Source of the DNA: Isurus oxyrinchus | Lineage: Eukaryota | NCBI GenBank assembly: GCA_026770705.1 | Contig: JANJGN010000016.1 | Coordinates: forward strand, 87,854,001-87,918,000 | DNA length: 64,000 nt | Reading direction: 5' to 3' | Shown here: one piece after another, positions 24,001 to 35,470 of the stretch | How positions within the stretch are numbered: the stretch's first letter is position 1 | How the letters are laid out: each line of letters starts with the position of its first letter | Notes under the pieces: model-generated | What the model was told of the DNA's origin: nothing | What the model saw: the letters and a program-made list of their open reading frames with translations, nothing else | The model's database searches: none | Translations under genes and position numbers: made by a program

Positions 24001-27000
24001 TGATGCTGGTGGTTGGTGTTGGGTGATGCCGTGGGTGGGGGCCTGGATAATGCCTTGGGTGGGGGGGTTTAGGTGATGCCAGGTGTGGGGGGGTGGTTGA
24101 TGCCAGAGGTGGTGGGGTGGGTGATGCCAGGAGTGGGGTGTGTAGGCGATGCCAGTGTTGGGGGTGTGGGTGATGCTGGGGTCGGGGCTGGTGGGTGATG
24201 CCGGGAGTGGGAGAGTGGATGATGCTGGTGGGGTGGGGTGTTTGGTGAAGCCAGTGGTGAGGTGGTGTGTGATGTTGGGGGTGGGGCTGGTGGGTGTTGC
24301 CTGGGGTGAGGGGGTGGTTGATGCCGGGGTGGGGCGATTGGTGATGCCTGGTTTGGGGGGGTGGGTAATGCTGGTGGTGAGGGGTTGAGTGATGATGGGG
24401 GTGGCTGATGCCGGGGCTGGTGGGGTGTGTGATGTCAGTAGTGAAGGGGTGGGTGATGCCAGAGTAGGGGGTGTGGGTGATGCCGGGAGTGGGGGAACAG
24501 GTGAGGCTGGGGGTGGGGGGTGTGTGTGGTGCCAGAGGTGGGGTGGGTGATGCCGGGGTTGGGGGGTGTGGTGATGCCGAGTGTGGGGGAATAGGTGATG
24601 CCTGGGGCAGGTTGTGGGTGATGCCGGGGATGAGGGTGTGAGTGATGCCGGTGTTGTGGGCGTGGGTGATGCCTGGTGTAGGGGATTGGGTGATGCCGGG
24701 TGTTGGGGGGTGTTTAGTGCCGGGGATGGGGGGCTGGGTGATGCCGGGGGTGGGGGTACAGGTAATGGCAGAGGTTTGGGGGTGGGTGATGCCGGGGTTG
24801 GGGGGTGTGGTGATGCCTGGTATGGGGGGAGTGTAATGCCGGTGGTGAGGGGTCGTGTGATGCTGGGGATGGGTGATGCAGGGGCTAGTGGGGCGTGTGA
24901 TGCCGGGGTTGAGGGGGTGAGTGATGACGTAGGTGGGGTTTTGGGTGATGCTGGGGGTGAGGGGATGCGTGATGCAATGGGTGGGGGTGTGGTTGGGTGA
25001 TACCAGGGGTGTGGAGGGGTGGTTGATGCCGGGGATGGTGGGGTGGTTGATGCCGGGGGTGGGGGAGCGGGTAATGGCAGAGGTGGGGGTTGTGGGTGAT
25101 GCCGGGTTGGGGTGTTGGGTGATGCCGTGGTGAGGGTTTGAGTGATGCCAGGTGTGGGGGTGTGGGTGATGTCGTGGTGAGGGTGTGTATGATGCCGGGG
25201 GTGAGGGGCTGGTGGATGCCGGGGCTGAGATGGTAGGTGATGCCGGGGGTGGGGGGTGTGATGCCTGGGGTTGGGGGGGGTGTGATGCCATGGGTGAGGG
25301 ATGGGTGATGCCGGGTATGGGGTGGTGGGTAATGTCGGGTGTACGGGGTTGGGTGAGGCCAGGTGTGAGGGTTTGTGTGATGCCGGGGTGGGGGTTTGAG
25401 TGATGCAGGGGGTGAGGGTGTGGGTGATGCCGTGGGTGCGGGTGTGGATGGGTGATGCCGGTGGTGGGGGAGGGTGTGATTGATGCCAGGGATGTGGGGA
25501 AGGGTGATGCCGGGGGTGGAGGTGGTGGGTGATGCCGGGGGTGGGGGGGTGCGTGATGCCGGGGATGACGTGATGCGTGATGCTGGGATTGAGGGCATGG
25601 GTGATGCCGGGGATGGGATGGTGGGTGATGCCGAGTGTGGGGGAATAGGTGATGCCTGGGGTAGGTTGTGGGTGATGCCGGGGATGAGGGTGTGAGTGAT
25701 GCCGGTGTTGTGGGCATGGGTGATGCCTGGTGTAGGGGATTGGGTGATGCCGGGTGTTGGGGGGTGTTTAGTGCCGGGGATGGGGGGGCTGGATGATGCC
25801 GGAGGTGGGGGTACAGGTAATGGTAGAGGTGGGGGTGTGGGTGATGCTGGTGGTTGGGGTTGGTGATGCCGGGGGTAGGGGCCTGGATAATGCCATGGGT
25901 GGGGGGCTAAGTGATGCCAGGTGTGGGGGGGGGGGTGGTTGATGCCGGAGGTGGTGGGGTGGGTGATGCTGGGAGTGGGGTGTGTAGGTGATGCCAGTGT
26001 TGGGGGTGTGGGTGATGCTGGGGTCGGGGGCTGGTGGGTGATGCCGGGAGCGGGAGAGTGGATGATGCTGGTGGGGTGGGGTGTTTGGTGAAGCCAGTGG
26101 TGAGGTAGTGTGTGATGTTGGGGGTGGGGCTGGTGGGTGTTGCCTGGGGTGAGGGGGTGGTTGATGCCGGGGCGGGGCGATTGGTGATGCCTGGTTTGGG
26201 GGGGTGGGTAATGCTGGTGGTGAGGGGTTGAGTGATGATGGGGGTGGCTGATGCCGGGGCTGGTGGGGTGTGTGATGTCAGTAGTGAGGGGGTGGGTGAT
26301 GCCAGAGTAGGGGGTGTGGGTGATGCCGGGAGTGGGGGAACAGGTGAGGCTGGGGGTGGGGGGTGTGTGTGGTGCCAGAGGTGTGGGGGTGGGTGATGCC
26401 GGGGTTGGGGGGTGTGGTGATGCCGAGTGTGGGGGAATAGGTGATGCCTGGGGCAGGTTGTGGGTGATGCCGGGGATGAGGGTGTGAGTGATGCCGGTGT
26501 TGTGGGCGTGGGTGATGCCTGGTGTAGGGGATTGGGTGATGCCGGGTGTTGGGGGGTGTTTAGTGCCGGGGATGGGGGGCTGGGTGATGCCGGGGGTGGG
26601 GGTACAGGTAATGGCAGAGGTTTGGGGGTGGGTGATGCCGGGGTTGGGGGGTGTGGTGATGCCTGGTATGGGGGGAGTGTAATGCCGGTGGTGAGGGGTC
26701 GTGTGATGCTGGGGATGGGTGATGCAGGGGCTAGTGGGGCGTGTGATGCCGGGGTTGAGGGGGTGAGTGATGACGTAGGTGGGGTGTTGGCTGATGCTGC
26801 GGGTGAGGGGATGCGTGATGCCGTGGGTGGGGGTGTGGTTGGGTGATACCAGGGGTGTGGGGGGGTGGTTGATGCCGGGGATGGTGGGGTGGTTGATGCC
26901 GGGGGTGGGGGAGCGGGTAATGGCAGAGGTGGGGGTTGTGGGTGATGCCGGGTTGGGGTGTTGGGTGATGTTGGGAGTGGGGTGTGTAGGTGATGCCAGT

Positions 27001-30000
27001 GTTGGGGGTGTGGGTGATGCTGGGGTTGGGGGAGTAGGTGATGCTGGTGGGGTGGGGTGTTTGGTGAAGCCAGTGGTGAGGTGGTGTGTGATGTTGGGTG
27101 TGGGGCTGGTGGGTGTTGCCTGGGGTGAGGCGGTGGGTGATGCCGGGGGTGAGGCGATTGGTGATGCCTGGTTTGGGGGGGTGGGTAATGCCGGTGGTGA
27201 GGGGTTGTGTGATGATGGGGGTGGCTGATGCTGGGGCTGGTGGGGTGTGTGATGCCAGTAGTGAGGGGGTGGGTGATGCCGGAATAGGGGGTGTGGGTGA
27301 TGCCAGGAGTGGGGTTGGGTGTTGTGGGTGATGCCGGTGTTGGGAGCTTGGCTGATGCCGGAGGTGTGGGGGGTGAGTGATGCCGGGGGTGGGGGGGGTG
27401 GGTGATTCCGTGGGTAGGGGGGTGGGTGATGCCTGGAGTGAGTGATGCCAGGGTTGGTGGGGTGGGTGATTCCGGGAGTGGGGGTGAGGGTTGTGGATGA
27501 TGCCGGTGGTGGTGGTGTGGGTGATGCTGGGAGTGGGGTGGGGGTGGGTGATGCCAGTGTTGGGGGTGTGGGTGTTGCTGGCGGTGAGGGGGTGGGTGAT
27601 GCGGTGGGTGGTTGCGGTGGGTGATGCTGGGGGTGGGGGGATTTATGATGGTGGGAGTGGTTTGGTGGGTGAAGCCAGGGGTGAGAGGGTGTGTGATGCC
27701 GGGTGTGGGGGTGGTGGGTGTTGCCGGGGGTGGGGGCGTGGGTGTTGCTGGGGTGATGCCAGTAGTGAGGGGGTGGGTGATGCTGGGGTGAGGGTTTGAG
27801 TGATGCCAGGGGTGTGGGGTTGGGTGATGCCGGCGGTGGAGGTGTGGGTGATGCCGGGGGTGGGGGGGGGTGATGCCGTGGGTGAGGGGGTATGTGATGC
27901 CCCGGGTGAGGGGGTGTGTGATGCCGGGAATGGGATGGTGGGTGATGCTGGGAGTGGGGGAGTGGGTGATGCTGGTGGGGTGGGGTGTTTGTTGAAGCCA
28001 GTGGTGAGGTGGTGTGTGATGTTGGGTGTGGGGCTGGTGGGTGTTGCCTGGGGTGAGGGGTTGGGTTATGCCGGGGGTGGGGGGAGTGGTGATGCCTTGT
28101 ATGGGGGGGTGGGTAATGCCGGTGGTGAGGGGTTGTGTGATGCTGGGGGTGGGTGATGCCGTAGGTGGTGGTGTGTGATGCCGGGGGTGAGGGGATGGTT
28201 GATGCCGAGGATGGTGGTGTTGGTGATGGCGGGGTCAGGGGGTGGGTGATGCTGTTGGTGGGGGTGTGGTTAGGTGATGCCAGGGGCTGTGGGTGAGGTG
28301 GTTGATGCCAGGGATGGTGGGGTGGGTGATGCCGGGAGTGGGTGATCCCTGGGTTGGTGGGGTGGGTGATGCCGGGAGTGTGGGTGGGGGTTTGTGGGTG
28401 ATGCCGGTGGTGGTGTTGTGGGTGATGCCAGGAGTAGGGGGGGCAGAGTGGGTGATGCCAGTGTTGGGAGTGTGGGTGCTGCTGGCGGTGAGGGGGTGGG
28501 TGATGCGGAGGGTGGGGCTGGTGGGTGATGCCAGGGGTAGTGGGGGTGGATGATGCCAGGGTGGGTGATGGCAGTGTTTAGGGTGTGGGTGATGCTAGGG
28601 GTGGGGGGGATTTATGATGCCAGGAATGGGGTCATGGGTGAAGCCAGGTGTTAAGGGGTGTGTGATGCTGGGGGTGGGGTGGTGGCTGTTGCCAGGGGTG
28701 GGGCGATGGGTCATGCTGCGGGTGGGTGATTCTGGTGCTGGGGGTGGGGTTGGGTGTTGCCAGGGTTGGGGGGGGTGGTGATGTGGGGCCTGAGATAGTG
28801 GGTGATGCCAAGGGTTGGTGGGGTGTGTGATGCTGGGAGTGAGGGGGAGGGTGATGCCGGAGTAGGGGGCGTGGATGATGCCGGGAGTGGGGTTGGGTTT
28901 TGTGGGTGATGCCGGTGTTGAGGGCTTGGCTGATGCCGGGGATGTAGGGGGTGGGTGATGCCAGGGGTGGGGGGTGTGGGTGATGCCGGGGATGGGGGAA
29001 TAGGTGAGGCTGGGGGTGTAGGGGGTGGGTGCTGCCAGGGTTGTGGGCGTGGGTGATGCCTGGGATAAGGGGGGATGGGTGATGCCGGGGGTGGGGGCAT
29101 GGTTGATGTCGAGAGTGGGGGTGTTGGTGATGGCGGGGATGGTGGGTGAGGGACCCGTGGGTGGGGGGTTTGTATGATGCTGGGGGTGATGGAGTGGGTA
29201 ATGCCATAGATGGTGTGTTAGATGTTGCCAGGTTTGGGGCAGTGGGTGAGGACGGGCTTGAGGGGTTGGGTGATGCCGGGGTAGGGTGTGTGGTTGTTGC
29301 CACGAGTGGGGGTGGGCCTGGGGGTTTTGGGTAATGCCGGTGGTGGTGGGGTGGGTGATGCCAGTGTTGGGGGTGTGGGTGTTGCTGGCAGTGAGGGTGT
29401 GGGTGATGCCGGGGGTAGGGGGGGTGGATTATTCCGGGGATGGGTGATGGCAGTGTTTGGGGGGTGGGTGATGCTGGGGGTGGAGGGGATTTATGATGCC
29501 GGGAGTGGGGTGGTGGGTGATGCCAGGGTTGTGGGGTGTTGGGTGAAGCCAGGGGTCAGGGGTTGTGTGATGCCGAGGGTGGGGTTGGTGGGTGTTGCTG
29601 GAGGTGGGTGGGTGTTGCCGGGGGTGAATGATGCCGGAGGTTGGGGGTGTTGGTGATGCCGGGGGTGGGGAAATTGGTCATGCCAGGGGTGGGTGATGCC
29701 GGCAGTGGGGTGGGTGATGATGCCGGGGCTGAGATGGTGGGTGATGCCGCGGGTGACATGGTTGGTGATGCCGGGGGTGGGATGGGGGGGTGATGCCGGA
29801 GGTGAAGGTGTGGGTAATGCCGGGAGTGAGGTGGTGTGTGATGCCAGGTATGGGATGGTGGGTAATGTCGGGGCTGCGGCGTTGGGTGATGCCTGGTGTG
29901 AGGGGGTGTGTGATGCCAGGGGTGAGGTTTTGGGTGGGTGATGCCATGGGTGGGGGTGTGGGTGATGCCGGGGGATGGGCGGTGGGTGATGCTGGGTCTA

Positions 30001-30410
30001 AGGGTGTGGGTGATGCCGGGGGTGGTGCTGTGGGTGATGCCGGGTGTTGGGGGCTGGGTGATGCCGGGGGTGGAGGTGTGGGTGATGCCGGGGGTGAAGG
30101 GGTGGGAGATGCCGCAGGTGAGGGGCTGGTTGATGCCGGGTGTGGGGTTGTGGGTGATGCCGGGAGTGAGGGCCTGGGTGATGCCGATGGTGGGGGTGTG
30201 GGTGAGGCCGGGGGTGATGGTTGGGTGATGCCGGGGGTGGTGGGGTGGGTGATGCCGGGGGTGGTGGGGTGGGTGATGCCGGGGGTGAAGGGGGTGGGTG
30301 ATGACGGGGGTGGTGGGGTGGGTGATGCCGGGGGTGGTGGGGTGGGTGATGCCGGGGGTGAGGTGGTGGGTGATTACGGGGATGGGGAATGTGGGTGATG
30401 CCCGGGGTGT
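1..30410. repeat. G-rich satellite array A (degenerate ~15-22 bp units, core GGGTGATGCCGGGG), runs off the window start
   Basis: Continuous recurrence of (G/T)GATGCC(G/A)GG or TGATGCTGG separated by G/T runs. The plus strand is G-rich and C-poor throughout. The array ends abruptly near 30410. Confidence 0.97.
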
Positions 30411-32104
30411 TGGAAGCTGGTCTCAGGGTAAAACCTGAGCACCACCATTTCCCAAAGTGACCCAGTGACCCGGGTGAATAATTAGGTCTGAAAACAATGG
30501 CCAGGGGAGGGGTCAGAGGGCGTGTGGGAGGAGCCAACGACTGCACTTTTGGGCTGATTGACGGGGCTCCCGAATAATGAGCCATTCAGGACATGGAGAG
30601 CAAGGCTCTGCTGGGACATGTTAGCTAGATTCAAACACCAATTGGAGGATTTGGGCATCTTCCGAAATCTCTCATTTGATGGGGAATCTAAAAGGTTAAA
30701 ATGTGAATTGCTAATTAGCATTAATAGGAAAATATAAGTAGAAAGAGCAACTTGACATAAAAAATTGAGGAATATGGCTGTAGGATTTGGATTCTAGCCA
30801 CAGAGCTAGCTAATACGGAAGAGCTTGAGGTAGTTTACAGCTGGAAGCGTGTCATACAGCTGGGCTTTCTCTAGACAGGAACAAGTGTTTTCCGAAATAA
30901 CCTCACATGTGATAAGAAATGTGTTTTCCTGAAGAAACAAAGCAGAACGGAAGCTGGATTTTAATTCAGCTGAACTTTCTCCTCAAAAAGACGCATGTCC
31001 AGCAGACAAAGGAAGCTTGTTTCACATCTGCAGACACTGTCTTTAAAATAACCCCATCAGACTTAGGTCAGTCGGCCATCTTTGGACATAAAGGGTCAAA
31101 GTTCAATTTTGAGAATCCCCCTGGGTTGAGACAGAGAAACATCAACATTCAATAAAACCATCTGGAATTCATGAGTAAATATCTTTCTTCATTGTTACTG
31201 TTTGTTTGAGTTTTCCAACAATATTTGCTGATAAGGTGGATTTATAAATTTCATGTATTTAAGACGACATTATTGATGTGATGCTTAGCTTTGGTTATCA
31301 TTTATAACTTCAAGTATAAGCTATCACCTATAATGGGCTTCAATAAAATGTATATGTTCTTGAAGCATATAGAACATGTAATCTGAAATATTTCTTACCT
31401 CCAGAATCCACATAAATTCACAACTCTAGAAGTCTTCGTCAGATTTCTAGGAGCTGATATTGGAAAACATTGAAAACGCTGGTTGACTAAGACAGGCCTC
31501 AATGTATGTCCCATCCTCAGACTATTTTGTGGGCTTGGAGACTCCTGGAGGAGAGGACTTGTATTTGAGGCCCAGTCTCAGACTATGTTACTTTAATGCT
31601 TAGAATCTCTTTTAGTCGAGGCTTTAAGCTAACAATAAGTTGAAGGAAGTTGGCTTAACTTGCCGGAGGGTAAAGAGAGTGGAACCATGAACAGGCACCT
31701 TAACCCATGGTGCACATTCCTCTGAGAACCAATGAAGGATTGACGCCATGATTGGATTGGATTCCAATGACCCTTTGCCCCTCTCGTAGGAAAGTGCAAA
31801 GGTCAGAAGGATCCAACTGTAAATGGGCTACATCCAAAGTGCATATGCCTCATGCCCCAAAGACCTCCAGGCCTCGCAGCTGATAGGTTCAGGCTTGGCA
31901 CATCTTCCTGATCCATGTTATTCCAGTAGAGTAATTTCGGGCTGTGCTCTAATCCAAAGGATTGAGTTTGACAGGGCCCTGACTCAGGCTGATATCACCT
32001 TCCAGCACTCATTCAGATCCAACCCCCTTTGTGAAAGCTCTGTCATGGCTGGGGTTTTAGTGGGGGTGGGGGAAGGGTGGGTGGTCCTACCGGTGACCGT
32101 TAAG

Positions 32105-32340
32105 GCAGAGCTAGAGTCCATTATTAAGGAAGAAATAGCAGGACATTTAGACAAGCTTAAAGCAATCAAACAGAGACAACATGGTTTTGTGAAGGGAAAT
32201 CAGGTTTGACAAATTCGCTAGAGTTCTTTGAGGATGTAACAAGCAGAGTTGATAAGGGGAAACCGGTAGATGTCGTGTATTTGGATTTGCAGGAGGCATT
32301 TGATAAGGTGTCACATAAAAGGTCATTGCACATGATAGGA
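32105..32340 (+). mobile_element. CR1-clade LINE reverse transcriptase fragment
   Basis: Frameshifted translation LESIIKEEIAGHLDKLKAIKQRQHGFVKG..TNSLEFFEDVTSRVDKGKPVDVVYLDLQEAFDKVSH, containing the CR1 RT motifs QHGF and YLDxxxAFDKV. Confidence 0.9.
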
Positions 32341-32342
32341 GG

Positions 32343-33000
32343 AACACACCCACACTCAGAGACACACACCTACAGACAGTACTGGGTAACACACCCACTC
32401 TCAGAGACACACACCTACAGGCAGTACTGGGTAACACACTCACACACAGAGACACACACCTACAGACAGTACTGGGTAACACACCCACACTCAGAGACAC
32501 ACATCGACAGGCAGTACTGGGTAACACACTCACACACAGAGACACACACATACAGACAGTACTGGGTAACACACCCACACTCAGAGACACACACCTACAG
32601 GCAGTACTGGGTAACAGTCACACCCACACTCAGAGACACACACCTACAGACAGTACTGGGTAGCACACCCACACTCAGAGACACACACCTACAGATAGTA
32701 CTGGGTAACACACCCACACACAGAGACACACACCTACAGGCAGTACTGGGTAACACACTCACACACAGAGACACACACCTACAGACAGTACTGGGTCATA
32801 GTCACATGCACACACAGAGACACACACCTACAGACAGTACTGGGTAACACACCCACACACAGAGACACACACCTATAGACAGTACTGGGTAACACACCCA
32901 CACACAGAGACACACACCTACAGACAGTACTGGGTAACACACCCACACTCAGAGACACACACCTACAGACAGTACTGGGTCATAGTCACACGCACACACA
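32343..33000. repeat. 45-bp minisatellite (ACAGACAGTACTGGGTAACACACCCACACTCAGAGACACACACCT), ~14-15 copies
   Basis: Direct tandem copies; the ORF track shows a 15-aa period (YRQYWVTHPHSETHT). Confidence 0.95.
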
Positions 33001-33644
33001 GGGTCATGTACATTGTGATATCCTGACTGCTCCTCTCTGTAATCTGAGTCCTCACTCGGGTCAGTTTTGTGCTGTTATCATGAACCCCGGGTTAAGGAGA
33101 GAGAAATGAACATTGTGACTGTGTCCTCGAGACCTGAGATTCCCCCGAGCTCATTTCAGGCATTACCCAGCAGTCAGCACAGAGTGCACAGCATGATCCC
33201 ACCAGCTGGAACAACTCCAGTGTTCCGAGTGAAGAGTGAATGCCCAACTACAAATTCTATTTATGGTAAATTTTGATAATTCTCCTAATGTTTAGGGTTT
33301 GTTGTTGGTCTGTAACATCAATGGATTTTATTGTTGAGCACATTTTAAATTGAATGGTTCAGGCTGAATTTCTGTTGGTGAGACACTCGGCAGTCAAGGC
33401 TGTTGGGGTACGTTACAGGGAGACAGTTACTGGTGGGAAAATACACTTCATTGTTTTCTGACTTTCCGTTGCCTCAGAGTCTGGATTCAGCAGCCCCAGG
33501 TTTGAAGGAATGGTTAAAAATTTCACAGTGAAATGTAAACTCTGGTCTCCCAGGAAACAAGGGATGGACATTTGTCTTTAGCCCACATGGCTCTCCTTCC
33601 AGAGGTGGGGTCACACGAGGTGATTCACAGCCTAAACCAATGGA

Positions 33645-34180
33645 AAAGGTGAATTTATAATCTACAAGGCAGAGTCAGGAGTTTGATGGAAGACTCTCCA
33701 CTTGCCTGGATGATTGGAACTCCAACAATACTCAAGAAGCTGGACTCCATCCCGGACAAAGCAGCCGCCTGATTGGCACCCCTTCCACAAACATTCACTC
33801 CCTCCAACACCGACGCACAGTAGCAGCAGTGTGTACCATCTACAAGATGCACTGCAGAAACTCACCAAGGCTCCATGAGCAGCACCTTCCAAACCCATGA
33901 CCATCTAGAAGGACATGAACACCAGATAGATGGGCGCATCACCATCTGGAAGTTCCCCTACAAGTCGCTCGCCATCCTGACTTGGAAATATATCACTGTT
34001 CCTTCACTGTCGCTGGGTCGAAATCCTGGAACTCCCTCCCTAACAGCACTGTGGGTGTACCTACACCACAGGGACTGAAGCAGTTCAAGAAGGCAGCTCA
34101 CCACCACCTTCTCAAGGGGCAATTAGGGATGGGCAATAAGAGCTCACCTGATCAGGGACACCCACATCTCGTAAAAGAAT
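33645..34180 (+). mobile_element. CR1-clade LINE 3' fragment
   Basis: Degenerate YKA.VRS.ME.SPLAWM...LKKLD coding similarity; same family as 50560-50695; ends with a SWNSLP motif and 3' tail. Confidence 0.75.
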
Positions 34181-34599
34181 GAAGAAATATTTGGAATATT
34201 TCCAAATAAGGGAATGCGGAATAATGAGGAGTGGGGATAAAAGTTGGAAAATTGAAATTGTTGTTAGCCCAGTGTTTCCATGGTTTCTGGGGTCTGACAC
34301 AGTCCAACATCACTTCAAAGACAGAGAAGGGAAAGACATCGCCTGTCCTGGCAACGCTCAAGGACTCCTAGGAACTGGAGGGAGAAGAGATTTCCATGTT
34401 GTCTTCACTGTGTTTTTGTAAAGTTTACATAAATCTTGCTTAATAAATTTGAAGTGATACATAAATACTAATTATTCATCCCTCCTTAGGCCTGGCACAA
34501 CTGAGGACACACGTGTTAGAAATTAAGCATTCGGAACTTAGGAATTTTAATGAGAAGGATTTTATTCCTCAAAACCCTTAAATCTTCCATTATAAAGTT

Positions 34600-34700
34600 C
34601 CTTTAACATGAAATGTCACACAGGAGCTTTAGAAAACAAAATATGTCACCGAGACAAATAAGGAGATGTTGGTCCAGATGACTAAAAGATTGGTCAAAGA
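34600..34700 (-). mobile_element. L2-clade LINE 3'-end fragment
   Basis: cagatgactaaaagattggtcaaaga closely matches cagacgaccaaaagcttggccaaaga at the 3' side of the L2 copy at ~45998. Confidence 0.5.
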
Positions 34701-35470
34701 GGGTGGATCGGGCCCAGATTTTCACTAAGTGCTGGAGCGGGTGGGAAAAAGGACGTTTTACCCTCTGGCTGCATTGGCGGCTTTTCACACTGTATCGTCC
34801 CCTTCCCGGCACATCCCGGCTCAGGAACAGCGTATTCTTGGGAAACATCGGGCCTCTGGTGCAGCGGCCTCTGATTCGCCTGATTTACCATCACCTCAGG
34901 CCTTCAGTAATCCGGCCGCCATATTTAAAGGCTGCCCCTGCACAGAGCTCACACTCTTCACGGGATAGGAAGCTGCTGGGAACTGATGGCTGCTAAAGGG
35001 AGGAAACATGCTGCCCCCAGATTTACTGACACCTCCCTTGAGAACCTACTGGACACAGTGGAGGCCCAACATGATGCCCTTTACCCCTCCTCTGGAGAAG
35101 ACCAGTGAGCAAGCTCTCCAATCCAGCATGGGAGGTGGTAGCAGCGGTGGTCAGTGCCAATGCCCTGCAAAAGAGGACAGCAACCCAGTGCCACAAGAGG
35201 ATGAATTATCTCCTCCGTTCCGCCAGGGTATGTTCCTCTTCTCATCACTCTCAACTCACACACTCACAAACCCATCACACACCCACAGGGCCCTCACTCA
35301 CTGCCTGTTCAAGGGACATCACCATTCAGTCTCTCACACTCACCGTCATTGTCCTCATCCTGTCCATGGCACCACTCACCACCCACACAGACCTTATCAT
35401 CTGACCTGGCAGGCATTCTGCTAACATTCTCTCTATCTCAATCTATGCAGGACCTACTGGTACACAAGCC
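34700..35470 (+). mobile_element. PIF/Harbinger-type DNA transposon remnant (5' end plus Myb/SANT-like gene)
   Basis: The 5' end (cccagattttcactaagtgc...gcgggtgggaaaaaggacgttttac) recurs at 49090-49140 and is followed by a Myb/SANT-like reading frame. Confidence 0.65.
34986..35228 (+). pseudogene. Frameshifted Myb/SANT-like (trihelix) DNA-binding exon of a Harbinger element
   Basis: MAAKGRKHAAPRFTDTSLENLLDTVEAQHDALYPSSG / frameshift / VSKLSNPAWEVVAAVVSANALQKRTATQCHKRMNYLLRSAR. Shows the PRF..., W..VA..V and R...QC.KR pattern and ends at an AGG|GTATGT donor. Confidence 0.75.

Noticed and set aside
50-30585. Long Pro/Thr/His-rich (minus) and Gly/Val-rich (plus) ORFs up to 1316 aa, superficially mucin- or extensin-like
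   Set aside because: They are open in several overlapping frames at once because the C-rich strand rarely forms stop codons. Unit lengths are not constrained to multiples of three, and there are no domains or exon structure.
32206-32847. 213-aa RT-repeat fusion ORF
   Set aside because: A CR1 fragment reading by chance into a 45-bp minisatellite.
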